Shown: positions 36,641 to 49,344 of the stretch, piece by piece
Numbering within the stretch: the first letter of the stretch is position 1
Layout: each line of letters begins with the position of its first letter
Source of the DNA: Anthoceros angustus
Taxonomy: Eukaryota > Plantae > Anthocerotophyta
Length of the DNA stretch: 64,000 bases
Direction of reading: 5' to 3'
NCBI GenBank assembly: GCA_010909165.1
Contig: VJWM01000011.1
Coordinates: forward strand, 372,001 to 436,000
Notes under the pieces: generated by a model
Databases searched by the model: none
Told to the model about the DNA's origin: nothing
The model's input: only the letters and a program-made list of their open reading frames with translations
Program-made: the position numbers and the translations under genes

Positions 36641-39600
36641 TGTGGCGCGACTTTCGTGATAGCGGTAGCGCACAATCCGTGTCGTTGTAGGAAGAAGTCC
36701 GTTCCCAAAGGAATATAGGCTCCGTTTGCGGCGTTTGGTGATTCGTCTTCACTGCGCTCGTTCGCCTCAGCGCACATCGCTAACTACTCGCGCGTTCACC
36801 GTCTGGGCCGGTATGGCCAAGCGTTTGAGACCCGTTCGCGTCCGTATCGTTCATTCGTCTCTCACACTTCGTCCTTTCCTCTCTCCCTCACGCTACACTC
36901 TCGGTCTTAAGGAAAAGGCGCGGGTTACAGTCGGACCTCCTCCGTCGTTCAGGGCCTCCGTCCGGGCTCTGCGCCCTCCGGAGTTCCTCCGGCTCACCGT
37001 TCCGGTCCGTTCGGTCGGGCTCGGGCGAGCACGGGTCCCCGATCACCCTTCCACACACCACAACGTTAGGTCGTCACGGGACCACGATCAATCTCCCGGG
37101 CTCGTGCACACCTTTGACTCGGGACTCACGTTAGCAAGAGACACAAGGTGCAGCAGCGGCATCAACACCAAGAAAGATGATTTATTGAGCGGCCCTCTTA
37201 TACTACGCCTAGGTCGGCGTCTTTATTACCTATTACGGTGGCGGCCGGCTCGGTGTACTAATCGGCCGCCTACCATCCTATTTCCCTCCTCCTATCTCCT
37301 TCCGTGGTGGGAAGGTCCGATTCCGCCTTGGGATTGGTGGTCCAATCTCCCTCACGGCATCTGGCACCCAATCGGATGATCCGGCGGACCCCTCTCCCGG
37401 AATCACAGCCGGGTTGGGCTCGGCGCGTCGCCGCCGTTACCTGTCATCCCCTCCTGGCCTCTGGGTCCCCTCGGTGGGGCCACCATTGTCGGCTCCCCAG
37501 CGTAAGTCGAGGGACTCCTCCTTCTTGAGTCCGGACCTCGAGGTCGGTCTCGACTCCGAACTGAACTCCAAGGTCGGTTTATTTCCGGCCGGTGGGTCGG
37601 CCTCGTCTCAGGGCGGACCTCGGGGTCCGTGCTGGGTCCGATCTCAAACTCGGACCCCTTCACCTGGACCTCGTCTGCTGTCCTCCTCCTTACCCACCCT
37701 TGTCTTGGTCGGGTTGGCTCCCGGTTGCACCCCTGGGGCCCCTCACCCCCCCGCCGGATCGGGTGGTGGTGAACTTACCTCTGCGTCCGCTCCTCCACAG
37801 GCTCCCTCCTTGTGCCGTCGTCTCAAGCAGGGGTCCTGTCTTTGTCCGTGCCCTTCTTCCTCAGCCTTCCGGGGCCGTCCCGGCGTGGCGGCCGAGAGGC
37901 CTCACTTGGGAGCTCGGTGTGGTAATAGGCAAAGTCCGAATCCACTTCTGGATTGCCTCTTCCACGTGTGCGGGCACCGTACTCCCTTAGCCATTGATGC
38001 TCGGGGAGGTGAGCTGTTGCCCGCTTGTTGCTCCACCTCCCGAGTTGGATAGGCGGTAGGCTGCTTCCTTGTGCCGAGGCCTCGGTCACCTCCGATCGTC
38101 ATTGTTGCTCCACTTGCTCCAACTCCCTCGTTTCCGTTCTTGCCCCGCCATAAGGCGTTCCCCTTGCTTCCTCGGTGGACGGCTTCTTATCCTTCGGCGC
38201 CCTCCTCCTTGTCCATTGGCGTTAACTCGCCATCTCCCTCTCCAGACGGTCGGGCAACACGGCGGTGCGGGCCCCGAGCCTTTTTCCATCTCGGCGGCGT
38301 CCACTCCTTCCATCGCCCTTCCTCCGTCCGCCAGCAGGCCGGGCCGCTCTATTTCGGTCGCGTTCGCGACCATCTGAGACTACCATTCCTCTCAATGATA
38401 GTTTGGGCTGCGGCTCAAAGTCTCCTTCGCGGTTGGGGGGTCCGGGTTCCGCTTGGGATTGGTGGTCCAATCGCTCGACTGCGGCGACCTAATCGGATGA
38501 TCCGCGAGGCGGACCCTCCTTTCCCCCGAATCGCCAGTTACACGGCGGCGGTCGACGACGCTACCACAACGTCATCCTCCCCTCGGCCTCCTGGTCCTCC
38601 GGGCCAGGCCGCCTCCCCTAGAAGTCGGGGGACTCCTCCTCATCGCGGAGTCCCGACTCGAGGTCCGCCTCGACCCCGAGCTCGAACTCCAAGGGTCCGG
38701 TTATTTCCCCACCTCTGGGTCCGCCTCCGGGTTCGGACCTCGTGGTCCGACCGGGTCCGATCTCCAACTCCGGACCCCTTCCGTGGACCTCGACGCTAGG
38801 TCCTCCTCACCCGACCTTGTCTTGGTCCGGTTGGCTCTGCTGCACCTCAGCCCCTCACCCCCTCCCGGATCGGTGGTGGTGAACTTGGGGTCCGCCCGCC
38901 TCCTCTGCCTCCTCGCTGTCGTTTCCAAGCCCCTAGGGTCCCTGTGCCCTGCCCTTCTTCCCCTCCGAGCCTTCCGGGCCCGCCTATTGCGCTGGCCGAG
39001 GCCTCTACCTGAGCTGTGGTAATAGGCAAAGTCCGAATCCACTTGCGGATTGCCTCTTCCACGGTGCCCGAGCACCCGATACTCGCCATTGATGCTCCGG
39101 AGTCGAGCCTGCTGCCGCTTGTTGCTCCACCTCCCGCCAGTTGATAGCCGGAGCCGGCCTCGCGAGGCCAGTGCCTTGGCCACCTCCTCAGCCGCCTGCT
39201 CCACTTGCTCCAACTCCTCCGCCTCCCGCTGCCGCCTTGCTCGCCATAACGCAGCTCCCTTCCGACTTCCTCACCGACAGCAGCTTCGCCGCCTCCTTGT
39301 CCATTCCGTCTCTCCGCCATCTCCCGCCTCCAGACGGCGCAACACGGCCAGCTGCGGCTTCACCTTCTTTTCCATCTCGGCGACGCCCGCCTCCCTCCAT
39401 CGCCATCGACTCCAGAGCCGGAGTTTATTCCGCTGCCCGCGACCATGTCCGCACTACCATTCCTCTCAATGATAGTTTGAGCTCCAAAGTCTCCTTGGTC
39501 CTCCATCTCCCGCTGCTCCACCTCCGGGGAGTCAGATCCTCCACCTCCTTGTGCGAGCTTCTTGGGCTGGTTGGTCGCTTGCTCTGCTCCATCTTGAGGC

Positions 39601-42076
39601 TGGCGCTCTATCTCTCACGAAGTCTTGGATTCTCCATTGAGAATTCCTTGCTGCTCGGCATCTTGGGTTGTAACTCCAAGGTGTCCTTCTTGTCCTCCAA
39701 CTCCGCCTCCCTTCTACCTCTTGTGCATAGGGTCCCCCGATTTCCCTTGGCCTCATGTCCGGCTTGTCAGGCTTGCTCATGACCACTTGCTCGGCCTTGA
39801 TTGGCGTGGCTCTCGGCCGCCTCCCTCCACCGGTTCCGATCACGCGATAGTGATCGCGATCGGCCGTGGCCTCCGCCTCCTTGGCCACCTTCACGAGCCT
39901 CTCGGCAGCTGGTCGTCAGCTGCCTCGCGGATCCGCGCCTTCGGCGTCTCGCTTCTGCGCTCGCCCCTCTGCGGAGGTCCTCCCGCCGCTTGGGCCTCCT
40001 TGGCCTTGTGTTCCTCCGGTGAAGGAATTTAGTCCGGTCCTTGCGGATGGACGGACCTCCCTCTCGCCTCCGGCGTTTCCTCCTCAATCCGAGGCTTGGC
40101 CTTCCCGCCTCACAGGCTCCCTCCAGCTGCTCACTGGAGGTACCATGCGCCTCGGGTGGCTTCTACCTCCAGGTCTTCTCGGCCATCCGGACCCAGCGAT
40201 CCATGGCGGTGGCAGGACCCCGTGTTTCTTCCACGGCTGCTGATGAGGCTCCCACAAAGTCCGTGGAGGCGGCATCTCACGATCCGCCGGACCTCCATAC
40301 CATGTCCGGGTCGGTGGGTTCTCGGACCTAATCGGGACCCTTAGGTCACGAGTCTTGGCTCGAGCTTCCCCTCCTTGGCCCTTTTGGCGCGAGCTCCTTC
40401 TCGCCCTTTTCCTCCACAGGGCTCGGAGGAGGTGAGTCGGGAGCAAGCCTTTTGCCCCTTCGGCGGACGGCTCGGGTGGGTGTCCTCCGCTCCACAGGCG
40501 CGTCCCTACGCCCTCTTCTGCTTCCTCCGCCTTCTTGCCACTCAGGTGGGGAAGAGTCTTGCCGGCCCAGGGGTGCAGCGTTGAGTGGTCTTGCGTCTCT
40601 TGGCTCTCTCACAGTCGTGGGCTCCTCGGTAGGAGTGATGGCGGTGGCGGGGCTGCTGGGTCGGGGCAGCTTCTGCTGGGGCTCAGTTGGGGCACGGAGG
40701 AGGCGGAATTTCTTCCATACTTCCACAGGTGGTGAGGGGTCCGTTCAGGGCGTATGGAGTCGGAATCCTCGATCGTCCTCCTCCGAGTCGTTTGGCTTTT
40801 CGGCGGCCTCCTCCCTCGGCGCCCTTGCGCTCCACTTCCGGCGGGGCCTCGGTCCTTCGGGCGCTCGCTCAAGCTCTCCTTCCTTGAGGAGCTCGAAATG
40901 CCCCCATACATGGATCGGTATGGGGCGGCCAGGCTTCTCGGTCTGAGCTTGCGAGCCTCACAGCAGGCGAAAATAATCCTTCCAGTCGCCCCTCTTCCCC
41001 ATTGCGGCGTGCGGGAATACCAGCATTATCACCAAGGTGATCCACCTTGGTGAGTAGGTTCGATGGACAATGATCCGGGCCCGCCCTTACTCGCAGGTCG
41101 GATATCGACCAACCGTTGGTGGTCCGTTGCGTCGAGCCTTAGCACTGTGGTGGCCCTATCTTCCCTTCGCCTTGAGGGGCTCGGCACCCTCCCCTCTTCC
41201 TCCTTGGGCGGTTGTAGGCGCCTCGGGACCTCAAGGTCCTTGGCCTCCTCCGGGAGGTTCTTGGACCGCACCTCCTTATTGACCGCCCGGCATCTTGGGC
41301 GAACTCCGGACGGTGACCTCAAATGTCGAGACCATGGAACACATCCAAATGCCACTCCTGCACCAATTCTCACCTTCACAGGCCCAAAGTCGGATAGCGG
41401 GTCACAATGTTGCGCTCCACAAGGTTCCATGGCTCCCAAACTTCGCGGGCTTTTGGGTGCCATCGCCTTCTCCCCTTCTTGTTGGCCGCAGCCGGAGGCT
41501 GGCATGCGCCTTCTTCGCGTTGCTCCGACCTCAGCGGTGAGGCAGCGTCTGAGTGTCCCAGACCGAGCGGCTGCGGGCGAGATCGCGAAATTGTCTCGGT
41601 GTGTGACCTTCCTTGACTCCGTCGGGAGTAACAGGCGGGCGCCTCTTCCTGTCCGTGGCAGTGCATGGCTTACCTCGCCTCGCTTACTCGGCCTTACGCG
41701 CGCGTACTACGGCTTCGCCGCCCGCGCGATCCGCGGCGTGAATACTGCTATAACGGCCTCACGGCAGGTTACGGTCTGACCGTGCATGCCGTTCTCACTC
41801 GGAGTTGCCCGCGTGGCGGCGCTGGTCGCTCCGCGGCTCAACTCACGAGTTACTTTTGGCGTACTTATCACTGCAGGTCTTGGAGTGGGTCCGGACTTAT
41901 CATTGCCGTGGCACCTACCATAGTAGGTCTGATGTTCCTCACTCGGTCAGGAGAATACTCCAGTCGTCGGGAGTGCTACCATGCTTATTTCCCTTTTCGC
42001 CTCATTTTGTCCTTTACTCCTACAAAAAACAAAACCCTACCTAATTTCTAACCCCCGAAGTCGTAGTCCACTGACG
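36641..42076 (-). repeat. 5' LTR of the inner element (~5.4 kb, includes a ~1.1 kb internal tandem duplication)
   Basis: Starts tgtggcgcgac as at 27080. Segment ~37320-38420 is repeated at ~38440-39490. Ends gtccactgacg next to the TSD. Confidence 0.8.
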
Positions 42077-45000
42077 GCATGTGATGCGTCGTTTAACACC
42101 AAAGTGGTTGGCGTCTTATGCACCTTGGTCAGCTCATCTTCCATAGGTGGAACTTCTTTGAGAATCCGTGATCGTTTACGAATACCTTGCGTCCAGAAAT
42201 GGCCCAGCCGGCTTATTTTGCATAGTTTCTTGGCGTGACCATGTCGGCCGGCCACATGCCCTTATTGCGGTGCATGGCTTCTTTGGTGTTTCCATATGTC
42301 TCGCCCTCCTTGACGGTTGCCCTCCACCTTTCTTGACGGACATTAATGCCATGAAATTTGGGCAAACTTTGTGTGAGTCCGGTCGTGCCTTGGTCATATC
42401 TCTTTTGTTGCACACGGGTTCGGTGAGCCATCGGCATTGAGATGCACCTTGCACCTTTCGATGCGATTTGCACATCGTATTCGAAAGCGGTGCCCACCTA
42501 GCAAGCTTTCCGCTTTCATGTTCGTCATTAGCCAATGTAGTGGTTGATGGTCCGTGACAATTTGGAAGCTCGTCAAACAAATACACCACGAAATGCAACA
42601 CCGCCCTGCTCGCTAAGCATTCGCCTTCATAGGGCGAATAATTTTCCTGGCATGTTGTTGGACCTACTTGCGTGTCGACAACCGCTCCTTCCCTCTTCAT
42701 CTGTTTGTGCCAACCTTTGCTCCAATCCGTGCACTCCGGTCAGGTATATAAGATGAAAAGTTTGTCAAAGTTGGGTCTTGAGCATTGGTCTCTCCGTCAG
42801 CTGGTTTTTAGCTCGCCATGCTTGTTCTGCGCGCATGCCGGTGGGCACCTTTCTTGAGCAAGTCATACTGACGCTGCGAGTTCCACTCATGTTTACGATG
42901 AAGGCGATAGTAGTTGACAAGCCCGAAGGCCCTCAAGGTGGCAACATCTTTTGGCTGGGCATAAGGTTCTTGCTGCACCTTGGCCAGGCGAGGCACACCC
43001 ACGGACAATCTTATGTCCCAAATACTCTATCTCTTTGTAGGCAAACTTGCACTTTTTGGGATGTGCTTTCAAACCCGACTTGGCCAATCTGCAGCGGGAC
43101 TTCCGGTGTTCAAGATGTTCTCCCAATGTGTTACTAAACACGAATATAAATCTATGTAGCACCTTACAAAGGGCAACCCTTGTAGCTCTAAGTCGACCAC
43201 CCGAAAGTATATAGGTCGTTCTTCAAGAGCGCATCGTTTCCCATTCCCAAAGTTGATCCTTGCCCCAAAAGCGCTGTCTTACACTTGTCTCCCTCTTCAA
43301 TGACAATCTGGTTGAACCCGGATCGAAAGTCCGATGTAGTGAAATACTTGGCTTGCCCTATGGCATCAAAAATTTCATCGGAGTGGGCATGTCGCTCCAT
43401 AGTGTGACTTCGTTCAAGCGGCGATAATCCCCTTCGCTGTCCTTCCATTCACCATGCTCATCCTTCTTCAGCGGCAACAGTGGCGGCGTATTGAGAGTTT
43501 GACTTCACGATTAGCCACCTCGCCAACTCCTTGCATCGCTTGTCACAATCTCACTCCATGGGACTCAACTTATGCCTTCGTCGAAATATGGGCTCTTGGT
43601 GGTGGTGGTGATCTTGAATTTTACTTTGTCATACCGCCCGGCTGTTGACTAAGCAGCTTCCGGTTGTGTTGCAGCATATCCCGAATCTTTTGCCGATCGT
43701 CCTCCTGCAGCTCTTCACAAATCTGCCATTCATGTGTTTCCCTTAGATCATTTTTGTCCCCAGGTCGTTTACATTGCGGCGCTCATTGCGCGTGCCTTGC
43801 TTGGTTCTTTGGAAAATCGCCTTGACAAGCACGGCAAAAGCTATTATCCAGTTGGGTGGCCATACCCTGCTAACAACCATTGTATGGCGATTAAGGTCAA
43901 AAGCACCACCGGTTTGCATCGATATGCTTGAATACCGTGCGTGAAGTACGCGCCGAATCCCATGGCCCGTTCTCGCTCCCTTATGGTGGGTTCCCGATTT
44001 CATTCCGTTCACATCCGGCACCATGCCATCCCTCCCCGCATATGATTGTGCGGTCCTTACGGTGTGGGCGGGCCCTTGGCGGCACCTGCCGTTGGGGAAG
44101 TGGCGGTCTATCCTTTCGTCTTGTTGCTGTGCCCTTCCTCAATTTCATCCACATATTTTTCCACGGAATCGTCAATGCCAATCTTTGAGAATTTCCACTT
44201 CAACCATGTTTGTCCAAAAGCTCCGTGTTCGGTGAGCATATGACCCGATGGCTGCATCGATGATGAACTCTTGCCCCAACCATCGCTTTGGCTCATAGTC
44301 CCTCCGGATGTTCTCACGTTTATCAAATGCCCCATACATTCTCCAAAATGTACCAGCTTGGATTGCGCACTTCCCTTAAGATTCGGATCACCTCGCCATC
44401 TCTGCCGTTGCCATAGCGCCCGGCTCGGAAAAGTCGACACTCCCATCCTGCGATTAGCACGTCCACAGGTGCCTCTCGCCGTTTCCCCACCAACATGATG
44501 TCGGGGCTGCTTTGACAACCCTTGATTGCTTCAGCTCGGTGAGGATACTTCCTTTGCAACGACAATTCTTGCTTTGGCCCGCGCGTGTCTTCTCATCCGA
44601 CTCGGCCTTGCGTGTATTTCTTTACCATAGCCACTTTTCAACACGGCTTCCAGGCTGGCGATCTTGGCGCATAGCTCCATGAGGTGGATCCACGCGTCGC
44701 TTGCCTCGTACTACTTCATTGTTGATCGCGGCTCCGCCTTATTTGTGGCGGTCTTTGCGCGTGACCCTCCGGCGCATCAGCCGCCATGCCTTGGATTGTC
44801 CTTTCGAACATGCTCTCTTGCCAAGCGCTAGAATAGCGAGTGTTCTTGATATACATACATCCCTTACGCCTTCGTCGCACTTCTTCCCTCCTCATGTTCT
44901 TGGGTTTCTTCCCATATCTCGCTTGTGATTTACGCTTTGTGAGTGCCATCATGGCCCCAGCTCATCACGTCGTCGCATGTCCGGTATCCACGGCTACATC

Positions 45001-46900
45001 GTAAAATCTCCCTCTTGCCATCGCGGCACGTAAGCGCTCACGGGTGTAATGGTCCACCCCCATCGCGGACCATGAGTGGCATCCGCAGCGAGCAACGTCG
45101 TAGTTTACATCGGACACCAAGCATCGTGCCGATGGCGGTGGAATCTTGATCGGGTTTGAGCTCAATCCGTATTGGATCGCGGGTTATGCCCATCACATTC
45201 CTTAGTCCTGCGGAGGTGGTGATGCGCACCTCGCGCTTACTTCCATACGGTGGCGCTGCTGCCTGCCCCGTAACACCGGATCCGCGGTGTCAACTCACGC
45301 GTGCAGTGCGAAACCATTAACGGTGATTTCCGGTTACGGTTGTTCATCGCGATGCCTCCTTTGCCTCGCGGGTTTCATGCTCCTTTAGCAATAGCTTGGA
45401 TAAAGGAGTCTCGAGATCTGACTCCCTTAGCATAAAAGCTTGAAAGGTTGTGCTCTTACTCCAGATCTCGCGGGCTCACCATGGGTGCATCCATTGCCGT
45501 TCAAGGAGGATTTGACGCCAGCGCCTTCAGCTTGCGGCGACACTCCTTCATTCTCCTCACTCTGCTGAAGGACTTGGGCATCTTGAGTTGGTTTCTTTCC
45601 TCGGACTTCTTTCTTGAGCGAATTCCCCAAGCTCATCGTCCGGCCCTTGGGGCCATCTATACTTAGTGTCAAGTCGTATTCTTGGCCAGGCACTCGTACC
45701 CAGTACTCATGCCAATTGCCATTCTTGCTGTGTGCCCTAAGCAAGGCTTTAGTGTACCTCTTGCGCCTAGCTTTATCGGCGACCCGCTCACGACGCCCTA
45801 GGCTTAAACTCGGGGTGGGCACATGCGCCTCCGTGTGTCTGTCTTGGCACAAGCTCACTGCGCCTCCTTTTCCTTAGCTCCACCCAGTCGATATTCGCAC
45901 TCGTAAGCTTTGTGCGGCCTCGGCGTAGGCACTTCACCTTGCCTTGGTGGTGGCTGCTTTGTGCGCTCTCCTTAGCGGGTGAACTCCTCCTCTGCGCGTT
46001 TGCTGCGTCGTCTCCGAGGCATATTTCTTCCTTAGCCGGTGCGTGTTCGGGGTTGATGCGTCACGACGGTTATGTTCTTCCCGAGTCTGCGCTGGTCACG
46101 GCATCACCTTTCATGACCCTTCGCCATCTCGTAGGCTGCTCCAACTCATAATCAGCATGCATCATGTGAAGGAAGTTGGCAATTACTCTCCTTTTGCCGG
46201 AGCGGCTATGTATATTTAGGCGGCTTCGCATCGTCTTCACCGTGTGTCCTTCACGTTGCCTTAGCCTCGGATAGGCGGACACGAGAGGTTCATTGGGCTT
46301 GATGACGAACTTTGGAGTTCTTGGATCTTTTCTATGGAGGACAGGAAACATCTCCCCAAACTTGGCAAACATTTCATCCACCAAATCGTGATTGCATCAC
46401 CTTGCAGGAGCTTGACGCCTCTTCCTCTTCGCTTCCCTTTCGCCTTCTTGGCCCTTCTACTCGCCAAAGTCAGGGCATCCTGCAAAATTTGGTCCTTGGT
46501 CCACAGCAACAAGTCGGTAGCTTCTCACGCTAGGAAAGTGCTCATTTTCTCGATGCCATCTCGGTGTGAACTCGGACTTGTATTTGAGCACCATCTCATC
46601 GATTGCCCACAGACTTCTCTTCAAAGTCGGCAAGAGACATGCTACCGTCGTCGGTGAACACATCGTTTTCTTTGGCGGCGACTGTACTCCATTCTTGCCA
46701 TGACACTTTCTTCAAATGCGATGGGGCGAATGGGACTTTGACTCCACTCGAATCGACCTCCTAATCGGTAGGTGGATCTTTGAATAGCGGACTGGGCTTC
46801 TTGGATGGGTGTATTCTCGTTTGTCCACCAGGCGCGAACACCATCACCTTTCACTCTCTTCCCCTGCGAGAGACTATGCGGCATTCCATCAAAGTGAGTG
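42077..46900 (-). mobile_element. Outer Ty3/gypsy element, 5' part: gag-protease-DNMT-RT-RNaseH-integrase N-terminus (degenerate)
   Basis: gag-like (AWWT, LQDALTLASR); protease (ITVNG...VDT, DVNYDV..., 45000-45340); RT (YFTTSDFRSGFNQIVIEEGDKCKTA, HPKKCKFAYKEIEYLGHKI, GLVNYYR); RNase H (FQIVTDHQPLHWLMTN); integrase DANHFGVKR. Terminal LTRs not identified. Confidence 0.8.
43870..44700 (-). pseudogene. C5 cytosine DNA methyltransferase domain embedded between protease and RT of the gypsy polyprotein
   Basis: Ordered motifs across frameshifts: I-like WIHLMELCAKIASLEAVLKSG (~44692-44630), IV PVDVLIAGWEC.(F).RAG (Cys 44437-44439), VI WYILENV (44335-44355), VIII IIDAAIGSYAHRTRSFWTN (44208-44265), IX EPTIRERERAMGF (43955-43993), X GAFDLN (43890-43907). 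Confidence 0.8.
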
Positions 46901-48279
46901 TTGGTGCCTCCCATCCGGTCACTTGAGCCGACTTGTCAATCACGCCGTCCCACAATCCTGCACTTGCAGTGCGGGTTCTAGTTCCGGCTAGGTGAAGAAT
47001 GGACCGACCCGCATAAAACGGCATGGAATAATCTATAGCATTCTCGCAATCTCCACCATTGACTTATCTCGAGTGGGTCACGGTTCTTAGTCGGTGTTAC
47101 TGGATGCTCGCCGCTCTTTCACGCCGCCTGCGCGGTGAGCTTTGTAAAGGGATTCTGATGTGCAAAATGGGAGTCCTTATCTAGGCAAATCGCTGTCCCT
47201 TTACCAAAGCTCGTCGGAAGAACCCCTTGGGATCCGTATGGCTTCAATCGAACAAACACATCGCAATCCGGTTTTCTCGTGACCTATGCCCCTTTATCTA
47301 CCTCGCGCGTTCTTGCTGAATCGCGGGCGCCCGCGCCAGTGGCGCTCAACCAATCGTGCATCATTGCCCGCTGCCGGTCGTTTGGGCAATAATGCCGCCC
47401 GTGACTCACAATCGATTCGTTCCTTGATGCCCGCTGTCTTCTCACCATTCACATACACCACATATCGCATGACATACATGCTCCGCGAGACACATACCAT
47501 GCCGACCATGCGCATGGTGCACATACACACATTAATCCGGACATCTGTAGATGCTCCACGCCGTGTCATGACAGACACCTTATGATTCATACCTAGATAT
47601 ATATTTTATATGTTACAAGGTTCTTGTAAGGACATGGTTTTCCGAGTCTTATAAAAACTAAAGTCTTTTCATCCTCTGGCTTAGGCCTCAAATAATCTTC
47701 CTACCTATGGCTTCACCCAGACTCGACCCAAAACCTTTCCTGTATTAGAAGGAAGTTGTGAGAATCAATTACACCACGAATACTCCATGAGTTCACTCGC
47801 ATTTAGTGAACACGATTATCCTCCATCAAAACTTTAACTTAACACGACTCATAGTTTTCATCTACATAACAATTTTGGAGTTTCTTTGGTATATATTTAA
47901 AATTATAAATAAATATATAAAGACATGAGGTTGTTGTCCTTGCAAAGATGCAAAGAGCTGTATGTTAATATAAAAACTAATATAAATTGTTAAGTGAATC
48001 ATTATAGAGTTGTTCCAATTTTAACTATTTTGTATTACAATGTTTGTTTCGTATACTTTGTTTGGGAGAATCGGACCGCATTTTGGCATTCAGTTTCATG
48101 ATTTTGTTTAGGCAGCTCTTTTTAGTGAATCTACCACCAAAGTTGGCGTGAATTGAATGTATCGTGGTTCGGTCCCCCATGCGGGAAATAAACGCGTTCT
48201 AAAACAGCGGGGATTGACAGTAATCAACGGAAAGACTGTTCGAGCTTTCTTTTAACCATAAAGAGAAGAGTAGATGAGA

Positions 48280-48790
48280 TCCCCAACCCCATCCCGATCC
48301 CGATCCCGATCATGATACAGATCCATACAAGAAATTTAAAATAAAGTAAAATAAAATAAAATAGCTCCGTGGGCATTTTGAGACCCCGACATGCCTAGAC
48401 ATTGCTACGGAATTGAGCCATAAAGCCGGTTTGCCTAATAGCCCATAACAATATACAAGAAAGTTACAATTGTATGGTTCCAACCATTCACAATAGGAAT
48501 GAGGAGGAGGATGAGATATAGTAGGTCTCACTCACACTCCATGGGATGCCCGGCCTGACAATGATATGGAAGGGATGCGAGGCCTGTGGTGAGAGTGCGG
48601 GGCGCCCTGCCCACGATATTTTTTTATTTGATGCTGCTGAAAGAAAACTGTTAAAAAACGGGACGTGGAGAAGTGCACTTGACGAAGAACCGGGAGCCGC
48701 AAATCGCTATGTGTTGCTTGGCAATTGGGTAAATATAGACTAGAGTCGGGGACCGGGGCCGGGGCCGGGGACAGGGACGGCGGCATCAGC
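48280..48790. mobile_element. Possible MITE-like element
   Basis: AT-rich core flanked by (cccgat)n at ~48288-48310 and (cggggc/cgggga)n at ~48745-48780 in roughly inverted arrangement; no TSD identified. Confidence 0.3.
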
Positions 48791-49344
48791 GTTCGCCTAG
48801 GTGTTTTCAATTTTGAACTTGTTGTCTTTTGCCACCATGCGCGCCACGATGGCCATAAGAGAGCGGGAAGCGTCTTCCATCATGTGCAGGAAGCGGCCTC
48901 CTTCCCACAGCTCTCCCTTGGGAGCCTCCGCCACTCCAGCCTCTCCCACCTCCCTCCTGTTCACTGAGTCGTGAAACGCGACTCGAGTCGTGAAGCTCCA
49001 CTTTGAGACGTGAAGCAAAGCTCCGTTTCTAGCTCCCGCCCGCCCCGCCCTGCTGCATGCGATCGGCTCGCATTTTCTTCTCCCCCTCGTCGGACCATGC
49101 TGCTCTGCTCTGCTTTGCTCTGCTTTTGCTCACCCTGTAAGAGCTGGTTGAGCGGGGCTGGAGGAAATTAAATGCATGGCATTGGAGCTGCCGTACTTGC
49201 TCGGGTTGGTGTGTGGTGCTTTTCGGTCACCATCAGCTGCTGCTGCTGGTTTGTGAGTGGCCGGATCTTATAATTTCTGTCCGCTCAAAGGCATCTGGCT
49301 GCGGCTTGGGCTGCCGGGAGGATTGTGAGGCCATTTCTTCCAGC

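Larger units (their letters stand above)
27080..42076 (-). mobile_element. Inner Ty3/gypsy (Athila/Tat-like, non-chromovirus) LTR retrotransposon, nested, with 5-bp TSD GCATG
   Basis: GCATG at 27075-27079 and 42077-42081. Direct repeats 27080-31393 and 36641-42076. Internal gag-PR-RT-RH-INT on the minus strand, with PBS and PPT adjacent to the repeats. Confidence 0.85.

Noticed and set aside
43870-44700. Host MET1/CMT/DRM gene or bacterial contaminant
   Set aside because: No introns or BAH/chromo/UBA domains; collinear and co-oriented between the retroelement PR and RT.
42077-46900. DIRS/Ngaro identity for the methyltransferase-bearing element
   Set aside because: It has an aspartic protease and a DDE integrase with HHCC finger in gypsy order; no tyrosine recombinase seen, and the MTase motifs are C5-type, not adenine-type.
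24700-47600. LTR pair and TSD for the outer DNMT-gypsy element
   Set aside because: No convincing direct repeat between ~24.7-25.9 kb and ~47.0-47.6 kb by eye; boundaries left undefined.
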